From positions 1 through 24,755 of IMG/VR virus record IMGVR_UViG_3300016672_000091: a DNA stretch of 24,755 nt; one strand, written 5' to 3'. Below are positions 23,130-24,755 of the stretch, piece after piece; within the stretch, counting starts at the first letter, position 1; each line of letters opens with the position of its first letter. The stretch comes from a virus (taxonomy: Duplodnaviria; Caudoviricetes). The translations under genes were made by a program, and so were the position numbers. The notes under the pieces are model-generated. The model saw only the letters and a program-made list of their open reading frames with translations, searched no databases and was not told the origin of the DNA.

Positions 23130-23819
23130 ATGCGAACTGCCTGGACGCCGCACCAGCTCAAACTTTTGCGCGAGCTTTACCCGGATCACACAGCTGCTTC
23201 GGTGGCTCTGGTAGTGGGCCGTGATACAGGCTCCGTATACAGGAAGGCAAACGAACTGGGGATCGGTAAAAGCGCCGCCTTTCAAGAAGGCGCCACATCA
23301 GGCCGCATCCTACGTGGGCGCACAGACCCGCGCATGGTTGCCACCCAAATCAAGCCAGGCTCCGAGCCATGGAACAAAGGCAAAAAAGGCAGCACCGGCC
23401 TTCACGCGAACTGCCGACGCACTCAGTTCAAGAAGGGCCGGAAGCCCGAGGAAAGCAGGAACTACGTGCCGGTCGGAAGCTATCGCGTCAACGCCGATGG
23501 GCACCTTGAGTGCAAGGTCACTGATGACCAATCCATAGCACCCGCGCGCCGCTGGGCGCCGGTGTACCGCTTGGTGTGGGAGGCCCAGTGCGGCCCTATA
23601 CCCAATGGGCACATCGTGGTGTTTCGGCCGGGAATGCGCACGGCAAAGCTTGAGTTGATCACCGTGGATCGCCTGGAATGCATCACGCGCGCCGAGAACG
23701 CACAACGCAATCACCCGCGAAACCGATCACCGGAGTTGGCGAAGCTCGTCCAGCTCAAGGGCGCCATAACCCGCCAAGTCAACCGCATAGCGCGAGAAGC
23801 GCAGGAGCAAAGCCAATGA
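23130..23819 (+). CDS. HNH_3-like endonuclease family protein with N-terminal HTH
   Basis: GGAGA RBS; FKKG...PVGSYR...RLVWEAQCGPIPNGHIVVF...LECITRAEN. Confidence 0.8.
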   Translation: MRTAWTPHQLKLLRELYPDHTAASVALVVGRDTGSVYRKANELGIGKSAAFQEGATSGRILRGRTDPRMVATQIKPGSEPWNKGKKGSTGLHANCRRTQFKKGRKPEESRNYVPVGSYRVNADGHLECKVTDDQSIAPARRWAPVYRLVWEAQCGPIPNGHIVVFRPGMRTAKLELITVDRLECITRAENAQRNHPRNRSPELAKLVQLKGAITRQVNRIAREAQEQSQ

Positions 23820-24112
23820 CCGCACCACACATCAACCAGTTGCGTGACCACCTGATGCAAACGCTTGCCGCGCTGCGTGACCGAGACAGCCCAATGGAGC
23901 CAGACAGAGCCCGCGCCGTGGCCCAGGTGGCGAGCGTGCTGGTAGACAGTGCAAAGGTCGAGGTGGACTTCCTAAAGGTGACGGGGGCGGACAAGTCGCA
24001 ATTCCTTGGAACTGGTGCCGAGGCGGCGCCGGAGCTGCCAGCGCCGAGTGGAACGCCGACAGCGCACAACCCGTTCCCAAGGGTAACGCGCCATACGCTG
24101 GAAGACGACTGA
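23816..24112 (+). CDS. Phage hypothetical protein
   Basis: ATGA overlap; INQLRDHLMQTL..L.D...RARAVAQVASVLVDSAKVEVD. Confidence 0.75.
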   Translation: MTAPHINQLRDHLMQTLAALRDRDSPMEPDRARAVAQVASVLVDSAKVEVDFLKVTGADKSQFLGTGAEAAPELPAPSGTPTAHNPFPRVTRHTLEDD

Positions 24113-24175
24113 TCGCCATTCACCAACCCAACACCGAGCCCGCACCACGCGGGCTCTTTCGTTTCAGGAACTTCA

Positions 24176-24755
24176 ATGCAATTTGGCAGCGTATGCAGCG
24201 GGATCGAAGCCGCGACGGTAGCTTGGCACGGCCTTGGCTGGCGCGCCGCCTGGCTGGCCGAGATTGACAAGTTCGCCAGCGCACTCCTGGCACACCACTA
24301 CCCCAGCGTTCCCAACCTGGGCGACATGACCAAGATCGCCCGCGCCATCTTGACCGGCGAAGTGCCGGCACCTGATGTGCTGTGCGGTGGCACTCCATGC
24401 CAAGCCTTCAGCGTGGCAGGCCTGCGCGAGTCACTGGCTGACGCACGCGGAAACCTCACCCTCAAATTTGTGGAGATCGCAAATGCAATTGACCATGTTC
24501 GAGCTGGACGCGGTGATGACGAGTGCATCGTCTTCTGGGAAAACGTCCCCGGCGTCCTCAGCACCAAAGACAACGCGTTCGGGTGCTTTCTGGCTGGGCT
24601 TGCCGGAGAAGATGAGCCACTTCAACCGCCAGGGCAAAAATGGGCGAACGCTGGTGCTGTGTATGGACCCCGGCGCTCAGTCGCTTGGCGGACCCTGGAC
24701 GCCCAATATTTCGGAGTGGCCCAACGACGCCGCCGTGTGTTCGTTGTCGCAAGTG
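24176..24755 (+). CDS. C5 cytosine DNA methyltransferase (truncated by the window edge)
   Basis: Hand translation: MQFGSVCSGIEA...GGTPCQAFS...WENVPG...DAQYFGVAQRRRRVFVVA; not in the ORF track. Confidence 0.92.
   Translation, partial: MQFGSVCSGIEAATVAWHGLGWRAAWLAEIDKFASALLAHHYPSVPNLGDMTKIARAILTGEVPAPDVLCGGTPCQAFSVAGLRESLADARGNLTLKFVEIANAIDHVRAGRGDDECIVFWENVPGVLSTKDNAFGCFLAGLAGEDEPLQPPGQKWANAGAVYGPRRSVAWRTLDAQYFGVAQRRRRVFVVAS

Larger units (their letters stand above)
1..24755. mobile_element. Lambdoid prophage, early region (terS through immunity to recombination/methylation genes); extends beyond both window edges
   Basis: Divergent cI/cro, cII-like, initiator + DnaC-like, RusA, RecT/YqaJ and terS in lambdoid order. 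No host housekeeping gene, integrase or att site is visible. Confidence 0.95.

Noticed and set aside
19781-24755. Complete restriction-modification, BREX or DISARM system
   Set aside because: No restriction subunit or other system genes; the context is the phage early operon.

Overview
This window is the early (immunity, replication, recombination) half of a lambdoid temperate prophage. GC-rich codon usage and two GCTATC/GATAGC-type REP-like hairpins suggest a Comamonadaceae/Burkholderiales host (inference). Minus strand, right to left: cro, cII-like, a replication initiator containing iterons, a DnaC-like loader, a nin-like region (RusA, DUF1367, MmcB-like, DUF1364, Zn ribbons, winged-helix protein) and the truncated terminase small subunit. 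Plus strand: cI (HTH + S24 peptidase), a ~4.3 kb accessory island between cI and PL, then PL with an ~820 nt highly structured leader, small early genes, RecT, YqaJ, KTSC, an SNF2 helicase-DNA methyltransferase fusion, an HNH protein and a truncated C5 methyltransferase. PR, PRM, PL and six 14-bp operators can be read directly from the sequence. Most notable: (1) a free-standing HNH endonuclease flanked by two diverged versions of its neighbour's 3' end; (2) the long structured PL leader ahead of many terminators, with no recognisable N gene; (3) a LexA-box SRAP module with unknown partners; (4) a translationally coupled ORF chain overlapping an opposite-strand gene between cro and cII. All family calls are motif recognition by eye; no searches were run.
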